Positions 38,082 to 51,304 of a stretch of 64,000 nt of DNA are shown here, piece by piece. The translations under genes and the position numbers were made by a program. Numbering within the stretch: position 1 is the first letter of the stretch; each line of letters opens with the position of its first letter. Source of the stretch: Mytilus edulis (lineage: Eukaryota); contig NC_092355.1 of assembly GCF_963676685.1 (NCBI RefSeq), positions 43,958,001 through 44,022,000 on the forward strand, given 5' to 3'. The notes beneath the pieces are model-generated. The model saw only the letters and a list, made by a program, of their open reading frames with translations, searched no databases and was not told the DNA's origin.

Positions 38082-38944
38082 AGGTTCAAGACAAGTTGGC
38101 CCGGAGACAACTCGGACCGTTTAAAAAAAAGAGAATTCGGACCGTCTATAAAGGCAAGTTGGACCGTCAATAAGACAACTTGGACCGTCAAATAAGACAA
38201 ATTGGACCGTCTATAAGTCAAGTATAGCAGGTAGGTCATTTGCATAAAAACATATAATTTAACACTAAGTACTACATAACATGTACACAAACTCAAGACA
38301 GGTAAGTTATTCACATAAGATACATATAAAAGAGGGACCAAATATACCAGAGGGACAGTCAAACTCGTAGATCGAAAATAAAATGACAACGCCATGGCTT
38401 CAAATAAAAAGACAAACAGACAAATAATAGAACAGAAGACACAACATAAAAAACTAAAAACTTAGCAACACGAACCCCACCAAAAACTGGGGGTGATATC
38501 AGGTGCTCCGGAAGGGTAAGCAGATCCTGCTTCACATGTTATAATTTGAGCACTTACTAAAACATAAGAGGTACAAAAAATCAGGACAAGTGAGTCATTT
38601 ACATAAGATAAATATTATTTGAGCACTAAGTATAACCTATGGTATAATATAATGTAATATAAGAAGGAAAACGTTCTCATATAAAGTTCCTTTGTCAAAC
38701 GATTAATTAATAGTTCATAAAAAAAAGTTCTAACTAAGTCCATCATACAGTGTACTCAAACGGGCGATCCATAAATACGTGCACACTTCTTCAGGAGGTG
38801 ACTGACTGTCATGTCTTTGGTGGCATACAAATTTCATGCAGTAAATAGCGGTTTGAGTTGTCTTCTTAGACGATCCGAGTTGTCTTCTTAGACGGTCCGA
38901 GTGGACGCGATCCGAATTGTCTCCGGGTCGAGTTGTCCTGCATT
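38082..38944. mobile_element. TIR element with 8-9-bp TSD (MULE-like) and subterminal ~21-bp tandem repeats
   Basis: caaaaaatc flanks both ends (38073-38081, 38945-38953). Inverted arms are built of taagacaactcggaccgtc units. A PLE-tail-like repeat is nested at ~38330-38540. Confidence 0.65.
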
Positions 38945-39671
38945 CAAAAAATCGTATTGTAGAGATGTAATAAAAGGTCACCCGAGTTTAACATTCTTTT
39001 TTCGCTTCTCGATCTTCCATTTATTCCTAATGAATGATCAACTATCCGTGACTATTGGGAAAAGTGTTTCTGTTACATAGGAGAACCATGATTCACCTTT
39101 TTTATTGGTATGACTCGCAGGTAGTAACGTCGTAATATCGAAGAGCGTCTAGTACATTTAGTGATTGTGTTATAATTTTGTTCAGGTGGTCATGATTTGG
39201 TTCTTGTTTTTTGAATTACAATCAATGATAGAATGTTAACATTGGATTTTTCCTATAAGAACCTATGCAGATAAATTTCGCCTGGTAAATATCTTTATAT
39301 ATAGCTATTATATTTTAAAATGCGAATTTTGTAGTATATAGGTATACTTTGAAACATACCACGCTCCCATAACAACTTGTCATTGGGTGTAATTGATTTT
39401 AAATATTTTAAAAAAGATTGCAACGTTTGCAAAAAAAACTTTTATATTATTGAAAATTCAGTGTCATACATACATTGTTTGGTTCAGATTTGGCTTCCTA
39501 CACTTGTAATTTGGTGATCTGCTTAAAAATAAGCCATCATATTGTAAAAACCGTAGAGTAAAAACATCAGGTTCTGAATTTAATTTGCAGAAAGTTGCAT
39601 GGTACTTCCTCTCTATGCTACATACATTAAGAAACAGAAACAAAAACTGATCATGAAGTCGCAGTTTTTAA

Positions 39672-39832
39672 TACACCTTATCGCTATTTGTCCGCCATTA
39701 CTTGATATCACACAGGTTTCCGAAAAATTTGACGTCACAAAACAAATTATTTGACGCCATAATGAAAAAGGGATTGTTGTATGCGTCAAATGTTCAAGCG
39801 GCCTAGTCAGCCGAGATGAGCGATAAGTTGTA
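39672..39832. mobile_element. Small MITE
   Basis: Inverted termini tacaccttatcgct ... agcgataagttgta. Confidence 0.55.
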
Positions 39833-40369
39833 TTGTTACAAATATAAATACAAATACAAAAATACTACAGTAAAAACGTGAATACAAAATTGTTTGATTT
39901 TATCCACAACATAAACATTGAACGCTTAAGGGCTTCACCTATTGTTAAGGTTGTGTATGTTCAATATATATTTCTACTGTATGTCTTATTGTTATTTAAA
40001 CCGTTTGGAGTTTAGTATGACATTATCACTGAACTAGTACACATTTTTGTTTAGGTGCATGCTGAGTTTCTCGCTGCATTGATGACCCATTGGGGGTCTT
40101 CGGCTGTTGTCTGCTCTTTGGTCGGGTTGTTGTCTTTTTGAACCATCCCCCATTTCCTTATTGTTTAAAAAAACCAAACACATATGTATGCGTAATAATG
40201 GCATTTATTTCTATGAATTTTAAAAGAGAATGTTGTCTTTTCTTGAGTATAACATAATTCTTTAATTTATCATTTATCAACCGTACATATTTTTTTTATT
40301 TATTTTGTGCTTAGTTGTCAATCATAGTTAAACAAAACATTTCTAGTATTATGATTTTCTCTTTTTCAG

Positions 40370-40441
40370 TATCGATTTTATTTCTGTGTTCGGGAGCAGT
40401 CATTGGTGTGATTAGTGGCGTCTGTTCTTTCAAACGAAAAG
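40370..40441 (+). CDS. Host gene exon 7: TM3 plus basic stop-transfer
   Basis: ctttttcag|72 nt|gtaaat, phase 1-1, VSILFLCSGAVIGVISGVCSFKRK. Confidence 0.85.
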
Positions 40442-41369
40442 GTAAATTGAAACCCCTAGATTGATATACAGGTATTTCAAGCTAATTAATTCTTAGAAAT
40501 TTTCCTCTAAAGATTGTGGTTAATGAAAAACTAGTATTTTACTTTTCAGTAAATTGAATTATAATAAGACAAATTGCCGCGATACTATTCCTTATTTAAA
40601 CGCATTGGCAGATTTTTATGAAACCAAAAATAGTTTATGAATAAGATTGACATTGAATAAGATCAACCACAATGAAATATGAAGTGTGTTACATTCTTTT
40701 TGTCAGTACCTCGAATTCTGCATGTTCTAATGATTGTATACTTTTGACAATATACTCGTTATTGTTGATTACAATTAACGAAGATATTCAGAAATTTTAT
40801 CACATTTATAAATCATTTATTAACAACCAAAAATGTGTTACGAAGACCTGTAACAAAAGATGCGACCAACAATATTCGATTGTCTGTTATTTGTTTCACA
40901 AAATTTATAAAAACAATATAATATACAACAAAAAAATGATAAGTGACCCATATGTTTTTTTCTCAATTTAAACTTGTGTCTCAAATCTGTTCTTAGTGTC
41001 TTTTTGTTGTTTTGATGTATAAGTTACCTGCTCTGTGTTTTGTAATGTATTTCTGTTTTGTATCCATCTGATGAATTTAGTCCTTTTCAACTGATTTGTA
41101 TAGATTTTTCTTATGTTATACTATTACACCAATGGCCTAGGTTAGAGGAGGGTTTGCACTTTCAAACTAGTTCAAGCCTGCATCATTCTGTACGTGCCTG
41201 TCCCAAGTCAGGAGCCTGTAATTAAGTGGTTGTCGTTTGTTGCTGTATATCATATTTCTTTTTCGTTCATTATTTTTTAACAAAAATCAAACCGTTAATT
41301 TTACAATTGTCTGCTCGGTGCCTTTTATAGCTGAATATGCGATATGGGTTTTACTCAGTTAAAAAGTCA

Positions 41370-42585
41370 TTGTCAGTATAAAAAGTTAAATGTAATCACT
41401 GAAAGCAAGTCTTAAATAATGGGTTTTCAAATTTTTCTTAAAAAGTTCGATTGAGTGTTCATGTCTTCTTAGATGGCTAGGCAAATTGTTCCAGAGGCTC
41501 GCAGTAGCTTTGTCGAAACGTCTTTCTCCATAGATTTTGGTGCGTTCACGAGGTTGTGTAAGCTGCATTGCATTTTCCGATCTAAGAGATCTTGACGGTT
41601 GATAGGCGCTAATGAGTTTCTCAAGATAGACGGGCGCTAGGCCATGCAGGATTTTTCAAAGTATACAAAAGAAGTTTATATTGTATTCGGTACTGCATCG
41701 GAATCCAATGAAGAGACACAAGAACTGGTGTTATATGATCATGTTTTTTGGTACGTGTAACGAGCCTGGCCGCTGTATTCTGTACTCGCTGTAACTTATT
41801 TACTAAACTGGCATTTACTCCATATAGCAGAGCGTTTCCGTAGTCAAGACGTGACGTGACAAGCGAGCAAACTAAAGTTTTACAGGCATCCTCGGTGATA
41901 TATTTCCGAATTCGACCAATTTTCCTGATTTGGAAATAGCACGACTTCGTGATGCCATTGACCTGCTTTTCCATGCTTAATGTTCTATCAAAATAGACAC
42001 CAAGATTTTTGACCACAGATGCATTGTTTACTATTGATCCATCAAATAACAGATGACAATTCGAAAATTCCTTTACACGAGTTTCTGGTGAAAATAAGAT
42101 CAGTTCCGTTTTGTCTTGGTTCAGTTTCAGCATGTTTAAGCACATCCATTTACTAATGTCAGCCAAACAAGTCTCTAGACGTAAAGATATGTTGTGCTAA
42201 TTATCGAGTGGTTTGATTACTAGGTAGACTTGCGTGTCATCAGCATACCCATGATAGCTAAAGTTGTGTCGCCGACATATTTCACTGATCGGTTTGGCAA
42301 AAATACAATACAATCGGAGTCCCAAGACCGAACCTTGCGGAACGCCATATTTAATGTTTATTACATCTGACAATACGGAGCCAATTGCTACACGTTGAGT
42401 TCGACTTTCAAGATAGGATCTCATCCATGACAGCGCTGAGCCAGTTATTCCGTAAGAGTATTCTAACCGATTGATGAGGATGGGATGGTCGATAGTGTCG
42501 AATGCAGCGGATAGACCGAGCATAACAAGTACCGCACAACAGTTATTATCAAGTGCCAATGCTATATCATGGTGAACCCTTAGTT
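41370..42585 (-). mobile_element. 5'-truncated L2/CR1-group LINE (RT 3' half), intronic and antisense
   Basis: LSAAFDTIDH, GVPQGSVLG, YADDTQVY, LKLNQDKTE, LVTSRLDYGN, LQRVQNTAARL. Contains a stop and a frameshift. Confidence 0.9.
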
Positions 42586-43628
42586 GTTTTATTGGGAATC
42601 AAACCACATCTTCTAATTTTATATTGTGTAAGAAATACCAAGAAAACATTGAAGCACAAGAAATAAGCTGACAAAATAAAGATGGTTTAAATACATATAA
42701 ATCAGAAAATAATCAAAGCATAGACATACTGTTTCCTCGGAGTATCCTATGATCTCATGGTTGACGAGTTAAGGACTTTCATGCTAGATGAAACCTGCCA
42801 TATCATATCGTAACTGCAGTATCAGAGATTGACTTGAATGGCCTCCACAAAATTTAACAGGTTTTTTTTCTCAATTTGATTACATTTATTCGATTTAGAG
42901 GTTCTACGAGAACCACTTAGAGTGTTAGATACTTTGCTGTTTGTTATGACATCTTCCTGTAAAACCACACACATTGTTCCAAGAGTTCCATAGCGTTGAC
43001 AGTACTTGGTACTCGCCAGGCAGTTTATATTATCAAATTAAGTTAATCGACCTCATCCGATTATTCGAGACGGTGTACAGATATTTAACATAGCTATTTT
43101 GTCGAAACTATAGAAGTCGAGATGAGAATATCTTATACTCTTTCAAACAAGCCCAAACTTTGATACGATCCGACTTATCAGTTACAAAAGAGAAAAACAA
43201 CAATATCACATTTAGTTTGAATTTTTATTCTTGTTGTTTTCTATACACATTTTCTGTAAAAAAAAAAGTACCAAATATTATTTTTTCTTTTCCCACAAAA
43301 AATCTTTAGTGTAGATCTTTCATCCTTAATACTGTCTTGTTCGCATTGTTCTGATTTTCTCCTCTTAAAACGAGATCTTAAATACCTTACTTAATCGTAT
43401 CGTTCTCTGCGAGCACACTGATAAATCAAGTCGTGTCAGGGAGCGCGCCTTATAAAATGTGTACATGTTTAGTAGTCTGATTGAACTGTTTATAGTTACC
43501 TTTTTTGTATTTGGAGTCGTTGTGTACATTTTTTTAGGCGTTTATATAATTTATTTATTGTGTACATGTATCGTTACTCGTAACGATCCAGCGCCCTCGC
43601 GGGGAAAATCGTTGACTATTATTCAGAC

Positions 43629-43632
<4 letters not shown>

Positions 43633-43674
<42 letters not shown>
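43633..43674. repeat. (TA)n microsatellite
   Basis: About 20 TA units. Confidence 0.95.
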
Positions 43675-43677
<3 letters not shown>

Positions 43678-44473
43678 GAGTCTAAATTGAAAACTACGTT
43701 CAAACTTATGATTGCGTAGGATAAGAACCGCAACTTTTATACGTGTGCATGTAAAACAAATTTCGTTGTAGAAGGGTCTAAATACAGCACAAACAACATT
43801 TTCCAAAAGACCAAAAAAGTGAAAAAGTATATTTAAACAAAACGCATTTGACTAACAGGTCGAACAACTGATGTTCTTAAACCCTGCTGACTGCCATTGG
43901 CGATTGCCAACTAAAATTGATCACGAGATGTAACAAAATGGATCTTAATATAAATTTAATACTAAACAGAAAACGATAAACTTGTGGCCAAGATGTTATG
44001 CCACAAACACATTGTGTCAATATTTTGTTTGTACACCAGATCTAGATTTCGACAATAAATGTCTCTTCAGTGATGTTAGGGATCGAAACGGTATTTGGAA
44101 GGCCATATAATTTACCCTCAATTTCAGATAGACTCTTGAATTTTAAGAGTCAATATAGGATGAACGGATCATATAAACCGGAGGGAAAATATGATACAAG
44201 CCCAAACGAAAAAATATAAACGAGTCTAAATTGAAAACTACGTTCAAACCTATGATTGCATTGGATAAAAACCGCAATTTTTATACGTGTGCATGTAAAA
44301 CAAATTTCGTTTTAGAAAGGTCTAAATACAGCACAAACAACATTTTCCAAAAGACCAAAAAAGTGAAAAAGTATATTTAAACAAAACGCATTTGACTAAC
44401 AGGTCGAACAACTGATGTTCTTAAACCCTGCTGACTGCCATTGGCGATTGCCAACTAAAATTGATCACGAGAT
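43670..44473 (-). mobile_element. 1.5-mer of a 544-bp hammerhead-bearing unit (family C), inserted in (TA)n
   Basis: 43670-43929 is repeated at 44214-44473 (offset 544). The hammerhead lies in the unique middle part and TA-rich sequence lies on both sides. Confidence 0.75.
44033..44076 (-). ncRNA. Type I hammerhead ribozyme (intact), family C
   Basis: ACAUCA-CUGAAGA-GACA(UUUAU)UGUC-GAAA-UCUAG-AUC^-UGGUGU. The stem III region AUCUAGAU is palindromic. Confidence 0.88.
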
Positions 44474-45110
44474 AGATATATAATTATATATATTTCACCT
44501 TTCACAGCTAATGAAAATTAGAGTGTTTTAGTTTACCATATGGTGTGAATATGTGTTTTTCATTATAAAAACGGACTTTTTTTTGTTTTTTCTGCTGTGC
44601 ATATACAGATTTTATGTCATAGATGGATATCCTGTATCTTTTGTTTTTATAATAACATCATGTTAGAAAGAGATAAGTGTTGGTACAACACAGAACGTCG
44701 GATCTCGTCAATTTATTTATTCCAATCACATCTTCTGTTTTGGTATACAACATGTGATAGAGACTTATTTCTCCTGGTGTCAACTTAAAAAAGATCTTTG
44801 CTTTCTGTTGAATTGGGAAATTTAATATATTTTCCCATTTGTAAAGGGTTTTTTTTATGAGAAAACGGCCTTTTGAAGAGCAAGATAGATGTATTGCGGT
44901 CGGAAATGCAGGCCAAAGTAAAAAAAACGAAACAGAATAAGCCGCTGGGAACACTGATTGTGACGACGAGGTTTCGTAATGAAAACGGCGCTATGCTACC
45001 AGTTTCCAAAACTTGTAACGTTCATAAACTGTCTTAATAGCAAAGACGATGGATGAAGTTCTAATTTTAATATCATTTCATTTTCTTTTTTTTTTTTTTG
45101 TATGCTTCAG

Positions 45111-45135
45111 ATACGTTAAAATCTGTGACAAAGAT
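45111..45135 (+). CDS. Host gene candidate micro-exon (tail)
   Basis: Strong polypyrimidine acceptor; reads DTLKSVTK; weak donor gttggg (phase 1 to 2). Confidence 0.4.
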
Positions 45136-45649
45136 GTTGGGCCATTTTCCCGGGAGTTCTATTCATTTGAATAGCGATGTAAATCATGTTTTAAATAGCC
45201 CTATAGATGCTAATTATAGTACATGAAAATACGTCACATCATTTATTTTCATACCTTGAACAGGTATTTCTACAAAAAATACTCAAAACAGTTATTGATT
45301 TTGTTTAATTGTTAACGCCCCTCATGCGCATAAGGTACCATACCATGTCAAGAAGCCAAAAAATATCGGACAAATTTAAATGGGATATTGTTTTCCTCAT
45401 TCTGGATATATCTATATTTGTTCCGGTTTTTAAGGTTTTATCGTTTATAAAAAACTGGACAACATCTTACAGTTGGTACCTAAACACCTTGTGTTACAAA
45501 CACATGTAATATGGCCTTTTCTGTCATTGTAACAAATGAGCCCTTTGCTGTGATACAGATGCAACACTTTCTTGATGTTTTACCTACATTCAGGATGTGA
45601 AGTGTAATTTATTTGTTCTGTTGTGTTGTTTTATTTTCTGATGACATAG

Positions 45650-45669
45650 GTACCGGTGCAGGAACGGTG
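45650..45669 (+). CDS. Host gene candidate micro-exon (tail)
   Basis: catag|...|gtaaca, phase 2 to 1. Together with the previous micro-exon it keeps the frame (MYRCRNG). Confidence 0.35.
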
Positions 45670-45799
45670 GTAACAATGTCAGTACTAGTACATACATAAT
45701 TGCTGTCTGCATTTGTTACATATAATATATAACGTGTTCAAAAACGTTCTTGTTCAAGGTTTCGAAAAATTGTCTGTGTTGTTTTGAAATTTTTCTACA

Positions 45800-46800
45800 T
45801 TGGCTTTTTCTCGTCACTTGGCGTCCGTCGTCGTCGTTAACTTTTACAAAAATCTTCTCCCCTGAAACTACTAGGCCAATTTTTTACCAATCTTTGCCAC
45901 AATCATCATTGGGGTATCTAGTTTAAACAGTGTGTCCGATGACCCGTCCAACCAACCAAGATGGCCGCCAGGGCTAAAAATATAACATAGGGGTAAAATG
46001 TAGAGTTTGGCTTATATCTCTGAAACCAAAGCATTTAGACCAAAACTGGCTGGATTAAAATTGTAAATCAGGTCAATATCTTTCTGTCCTGAAATTTTCA
46101 GAGGAATCTGACAACCTATTGTTGGGTTGCTGCCCCTGAATTGGATATTATAAGATATTTTTGCAGTTTTTGGTTATTAACTTGAATATTATTATAGATA
46201 GAGATAAACTGTAAACAGTAATAATGTTAAGCAAAGTAAGATTTACAAATAGGTCTAACATGGTCAATTGACCCCTTAAGGAGTTATTGTCCGTTATAAT
46301 AATTTTTTTACATTTTTTTGTTATCTTACAAAAATCTTTTCCTCTAAAACTACTGATACAAATTTTACCAAACTTGGTCACAATCATAATTCGTGTATCT
46401 AGTTAAAAAGATATGTCCGATGAGCCCACCTACCAACCAACATTGGCGACATAGCTAAAAATAGAACATAGTAGTATAATGCATTTTTGGCTTATATCTC
46501 TGAAACTAAAGCATTTAGAGCAAATTTGAGGTAAATTCAAATATTCATTAGGTTAAGATATAAATTTGTCCTAAAATTATCAGATGAATAAAAAAACTGT
46601 TGTTAGTTTGCGGCCCCTGAATACGTAATTTTATGCCAAACAATGCATGACAGACATGACTAAAAATAGGAGATAGGGGAACAATTCAGTTTTTGACTTG
46701 TATCTCTGAAACTAGAGCAAAAATATAACGGTTGCATTTATTCAATTGTAAATAAAAATAGCATGTGAGCGACACATGTTCCTTGGACCCTCTACTTTTT
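45800..46800. mobile_element. Helentron-associated non-autonomous element with internal partial tandem
   Basis: 5' cacttggcgtccgtcgtcgtc microsatellite, internal repeat (45843-46145 resembles 46328-46620), and a 3' gtgagcgacaca...ccctct motif. Confidence 0.55.
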
Positions 46801-47212
46801 TTTGCGTATATAACAAACGCAACATTTGGGCTTCATTGCTATATACTAGTAATCAATTCTCGTGTTATTGGTTATTTACCGGCACCTACTTCAATTTGAT
46901 GGCAATTGTTCCTTACATATATATTATAAATGTAAACACATGAATAGGAAGTACGTCAAGAGTATGGATAGTTATAGGAATGCACACAATAAGCGACACA
47001 TTATTTTTCTTTAATGAAATGATATAAAGTCAAAATGATCCATAATTACTCAATGAATTAAACAAACATCCGAAAAAATATGATAGTAACAATAAAATTT
47101 AATATTTAAATTGCAAAACATTTGTGCGAGATTTGAACCCTCTCTTTAAAACAATCTTTCATTTACAGTTCTATGTTCTATCGATAGAGCTACTGCGATG
47201 CTTGTACACATT

Positions 47213-49704
47213 CACGGTAGATATAGTGTCCGGCTAGGATCGTGGTTTTTCGAGTGTAGTTCGGGTTTTTTTGAGTGATGAAACATGCGATTAAATCAAT
47301 TAAGTGCTATTTCGTAATTAAAATAGTTGTTTTACATTACTACCCATCTTATATTTAATACTATACATGTTTTGATCAAGAAAGAAGCACAATTTCCTTG
47401 TATTTAACCAAAACATTCATTGTTTATCATTGTCCGGGCTTTTTTTAGAGCAACTGTGGAATCGTCCGGGTTTTTAGACAAATGGTCCGGGTTTTTTGCA
47501 GAAAATTTTAATAAGAAAATAGGTATTCTGGACTTTAAACAATGACTTTCCTAGTCTATGCCTGCAATTCAATGAATGAAATATCATATATTCTCAATAA
47601 ATCACAAAACATATTACTACGTACATTGATCAAAATTAACCTTTTTTGAATTTAATGCAATTTTTTTCTGTTCGGAAAACGTTCTACCACAACTTCCCAG
47701 TATCAAATTAGAAATTATTGGATTCTCTAAAAGGTCTTAAGAACATAATAAAGGGGAATCATAATATTTTCAACTTCATTTCATGGTACTTTTGTTGTCA
47801 AAGTAAATAAAAATTTTCGTGGTGAACCTTGGAGTTTTTATACGGGACGTATTATGGTACCCCCTTGTCCATCCGTCCATTGTCAGCATGTCGGACAAAA
47901 ACTCCCTTTCGAATTTCATAAATTTTATATTTACGTTTCCGAGTTATGGGATTTTATTAAACAATCTGGAGTATCTAAAGAGCCTGTGTCACTAATCTTG
48001 GTCTATTTGCTGCAGTGCATTTTAAACAAAGCTAGGACACTCTTCAACATTAAAGACAAGAATAGAATTTATGACACAATTCTCTATTTTGGTGATGGTG
48101 ACTTGTTTGTAGATCTTAATTTACTGAAAATTCTTGCTGTGTACAGTCATCTCTATCTATAATGAACTTGGTCCTGTAGTTTCAGAGAAGAAGATTTTTG
48201 TAAACGTTAATGGACGACGACAGACAACGAAACACCAAGTGATGAGAAAATCTCACTTGACCCTTTTTGGCCAGTTGAGCTTAATGTATATTTCAATATA
48301 ATAATAAACGAACCTATGGCGAGTTTATTATTTCTATTTGAATTAAATAACGAAAGTTGATATTAAGCGTGTCAACACTCTCCCGCGAATCGTTGTTCTA
48401 ATATTTTGCACACGAAAAGACCTATCGAATAGCCAGTGGAAATGATGTAATATCGTCTTATGATGATGTATAAGTGTTGTCGGACCATATGAGTATAATA
48501 CTCATTTGGTTATTAACGGGCCTGACCACGTGAGTATTTGGACCAAATAGGCATTTTTTTTCAAATTACATTATAATCGTTTCAATAATACAACAACTTT
48601 ATCTAAAAAAAAACAGTGAAATTTACATGAAAATTTATTAATTCTATAATCCGAAAACTACGTAAAATTTAAATATTGATGCCATAGTTAGTTTTCATTG
48701 CTAATTACATTCTTGCATGTAGGCTTGTGGTGACTTTCGTTTCCACATGGTATCATAGCTTTTTTGCATTGCAAGAAATTTGTGCACGATCCTTTTCATT
48801 TACACTTTTTTTTTGCGTATTAAAAGTAAACTGTAACAGAGTGTTAATTACCCCGACCATACGCGTACGGTCGGACATATGAGTATATACTCATATGGTC
48901 ATGACCATACTTGTATGGTCCAAATACTCATATGGTCCGGAACATAAGCAGATCAAATAAACGCAGATTTTCGTATCACTTTTTCATATCACACTCCTTG
49001 TAGTGTGATTCGAGAAATTTCTATTCATGCAAGAAATAGATAATAAGACATGCATAAAAGAAATGAACTTTGAAAACGTGGCATGTGTATCATGCAGCCA
49101 TGGCGCAGCTGTTTATTAAAAAATGGAGTAAGAAACATCAATTCTGGACAGCAAAGAAGAATCAGAAAATGCTATGTAATAATATACATTCTACGTAATT
49201 ACACTGACCCATAGCATTTTTAGCTGTAGGAAATTTGTATAATCACTTGAAAAAATCGGACACACTCGAAAAAGCCCAGACTGCTCTCGAAAAAAACCGA
49301 ACATACAGAAATGAATTTAGTCTCAAAATGTCGTTTTCAATGCAATAACAAGATTTTTTGTAACGTGTCTGTATTTCTAAGGATATATAGATACCATGTA
49401 TGCATTTCCTTCAACATTATCAGTGTTATGTATATTTTGGAATTAAAGCATTTTAAGGCTTATTTTAACCTTTGTTTAACGAAAAATAATGTCGGATCAG
49501 TAATATCTTTCTATATCAAATACTATCATACAAAATATAACTTTGTATATTAAACTCCAGCGTCTATATCACTTCTTGTTAAAAAGGAAGTCTGTTTCTT
49601 TACATTTTTGTTCATGTTCACTCGAAAAAAAGTGGTCACACTCGAAAAAGCCCGATCAAATCACTCGAAAACCACGATCCTAGCCGGACACTGTACCTAC
49701 CGTG
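47213..49704. mobile_element. Non-autonomous CMC/EnSpm-like element (CAC..GTG ends, 2-bp TSD)
   Basis: tt|cacggtagatatagtgtccggctaggatcgtggtttt ... aaaaccacgatcctagccggacactgtacctaccgtg|tt, with subterminal ctcgaaaaa repeats. Confidence 0.8.
48475..48944. mobile_element. Nested MITE with TGT..ACA ends and 4-bp TSD (Ginger2-like)
   Basis: taag|tgttgtcggaccatatgagtat ... atactcatatggtccggaaca|taag. Confidence 0.75.
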
Positions 49705-50684
49705 TTTTCTGTAATTATGCAGCTATATAGGTACAATTGAGCACTTTTTTTATCAAAATAATGGTTTTAAGGTATTAAGGACACACTTAACCAATTTCCT
49801 TTTTGAGGGAAAAGTTGTATAAATTACAGTATTTACAAAAAACATAACTTTTTTTGTTTGAAACGTCCTTCTCGGGAAATTGCCTGTTTTCCCACCCGAA
49901 AAAAAACATAAATTCCGCATATTAGACTTTCATCCTTTGGGGGTATTTTTTGTGGGGGGGGGGGGGTGTAAATTAATTATTTTAACACATATAATGATAT
50001 ATAAAAATTGAAATATTGATCAGAAAGCATTTTAATTCTTTGTTTTTATAGTTAATGTTTTTCTTTCAGCACTTTTTGAACTTGGCCCTTCTGTGAAAAA
50101 AAAATCAGGGGAAATTGGCTCTACCTCTTAACAACTCACTTTTACCTTCTGATGGCATCTAGGTATGCAGCACAAACGTCACACGATACGTATATTGCGT
50201 CTGTAGTGTAGCTTATCAATGTAACATTGGAGGCAACCTTTTATTCTTTTGTAAATGGGATATGAACCTTTTTTCTGTGACATCGTGGCAACGGCTTAGA
50301 CGACTCGACAACGTATTCTAAATACAAAACTAGTTTTCGCTTGTCGATAATCAACTTTCACCATCGACTGCAACAAAAAGTCGTAACACAGTATTTGCAG
50401 ATGTTGATTGTAAATATTGCAAAAATGGTTATGATTTATAGCTATATTATAAGCTTTTTTCGTTTGCTCAGCATCAGTTTATATTTTTCATTGAAATTTT
50501 ACAAAGGTTTACCACTCGTTTTGTTTTTAATCATAGGTGCAACAAACAAAAATATCTGAAGTATTTCATACTTATTAAACATTTTGAGTCTCACAGGGGA
50601 AGTTTTTTTAAACTAGTGATGCGAATTTGGAAAAGCTCAATCAATAGCTTGTAAACATCTCTTTTTTCATTGTATATGTTTTAG

Positions 50685-50745
50685 GTCAAGTGACAAATAC
50701 TAACGGCAGTACAAATGAAAACACTCCTGAAGCTATTCAATTGGT
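50685..50745 (+). CDS. Host gene tail exon
   Basis: ttttag|61 nt|gtaagt, phase 1 to 2, GQVTNTNGSTNENTPEAIQLV. Confidence 0.7.
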
Positions 50746-51304
50746 GTAAGTAATTAAAAAGTAAGTTAAATGAAATCAAAACTACAGAAATTCTGTAAAT
50801 TGAAATGTTTGGTGTTAATTAAATTGAATATGGTGTAAACTTTTTTTAAAAGCATCAATTATATTCCACACTTTTTATAGTTGTTGGTAAAGAAATTCAA
50901 TAATATAATGTCTGTATGATCAACATATATTTCAGAAATTTTAAACTATAACAAATTCATATAATTTCCAATATAAGAATCGACTGTTTCTGTCCACAAA
51001 GAGCAACATCTTGTATTAAAAAAAATTACGATTAAACATGTTAGAGTATATTAAAACGCCATCCGTTTGTAGACAAGTTCTCAAAGAACACTTCAAAAAT
51101 TTTGGAAACCATACTATCTTTACCTTACACCCTATCAAAGAGTTATTAATAGTTTTATATGGTAGTTTTATATATTCAAAATTCAATTACATATCGTTGT
51201 GCATTAACATCAGCCTGCTGTCCACCATTTTTATTTAGTTATTTGGTCCTTCTTATATAGATTTTGATTTAACTGTATTAATTACGATATCATTTTCTAA
51301 AATA

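Noticed and set aside
38085-38215. Regularly spaced ~21-bp repeats resembling a CRISPR array
   Set aside because: There are no unique spacers, the repeats are mirrored at 38870-38940 as an inverted arm, the context is eukaryotic, and no cas genes are present.
43459-43806. ORFs with (YI)n runs
   Set aside because: Translation of the (TA)n microsatellite.
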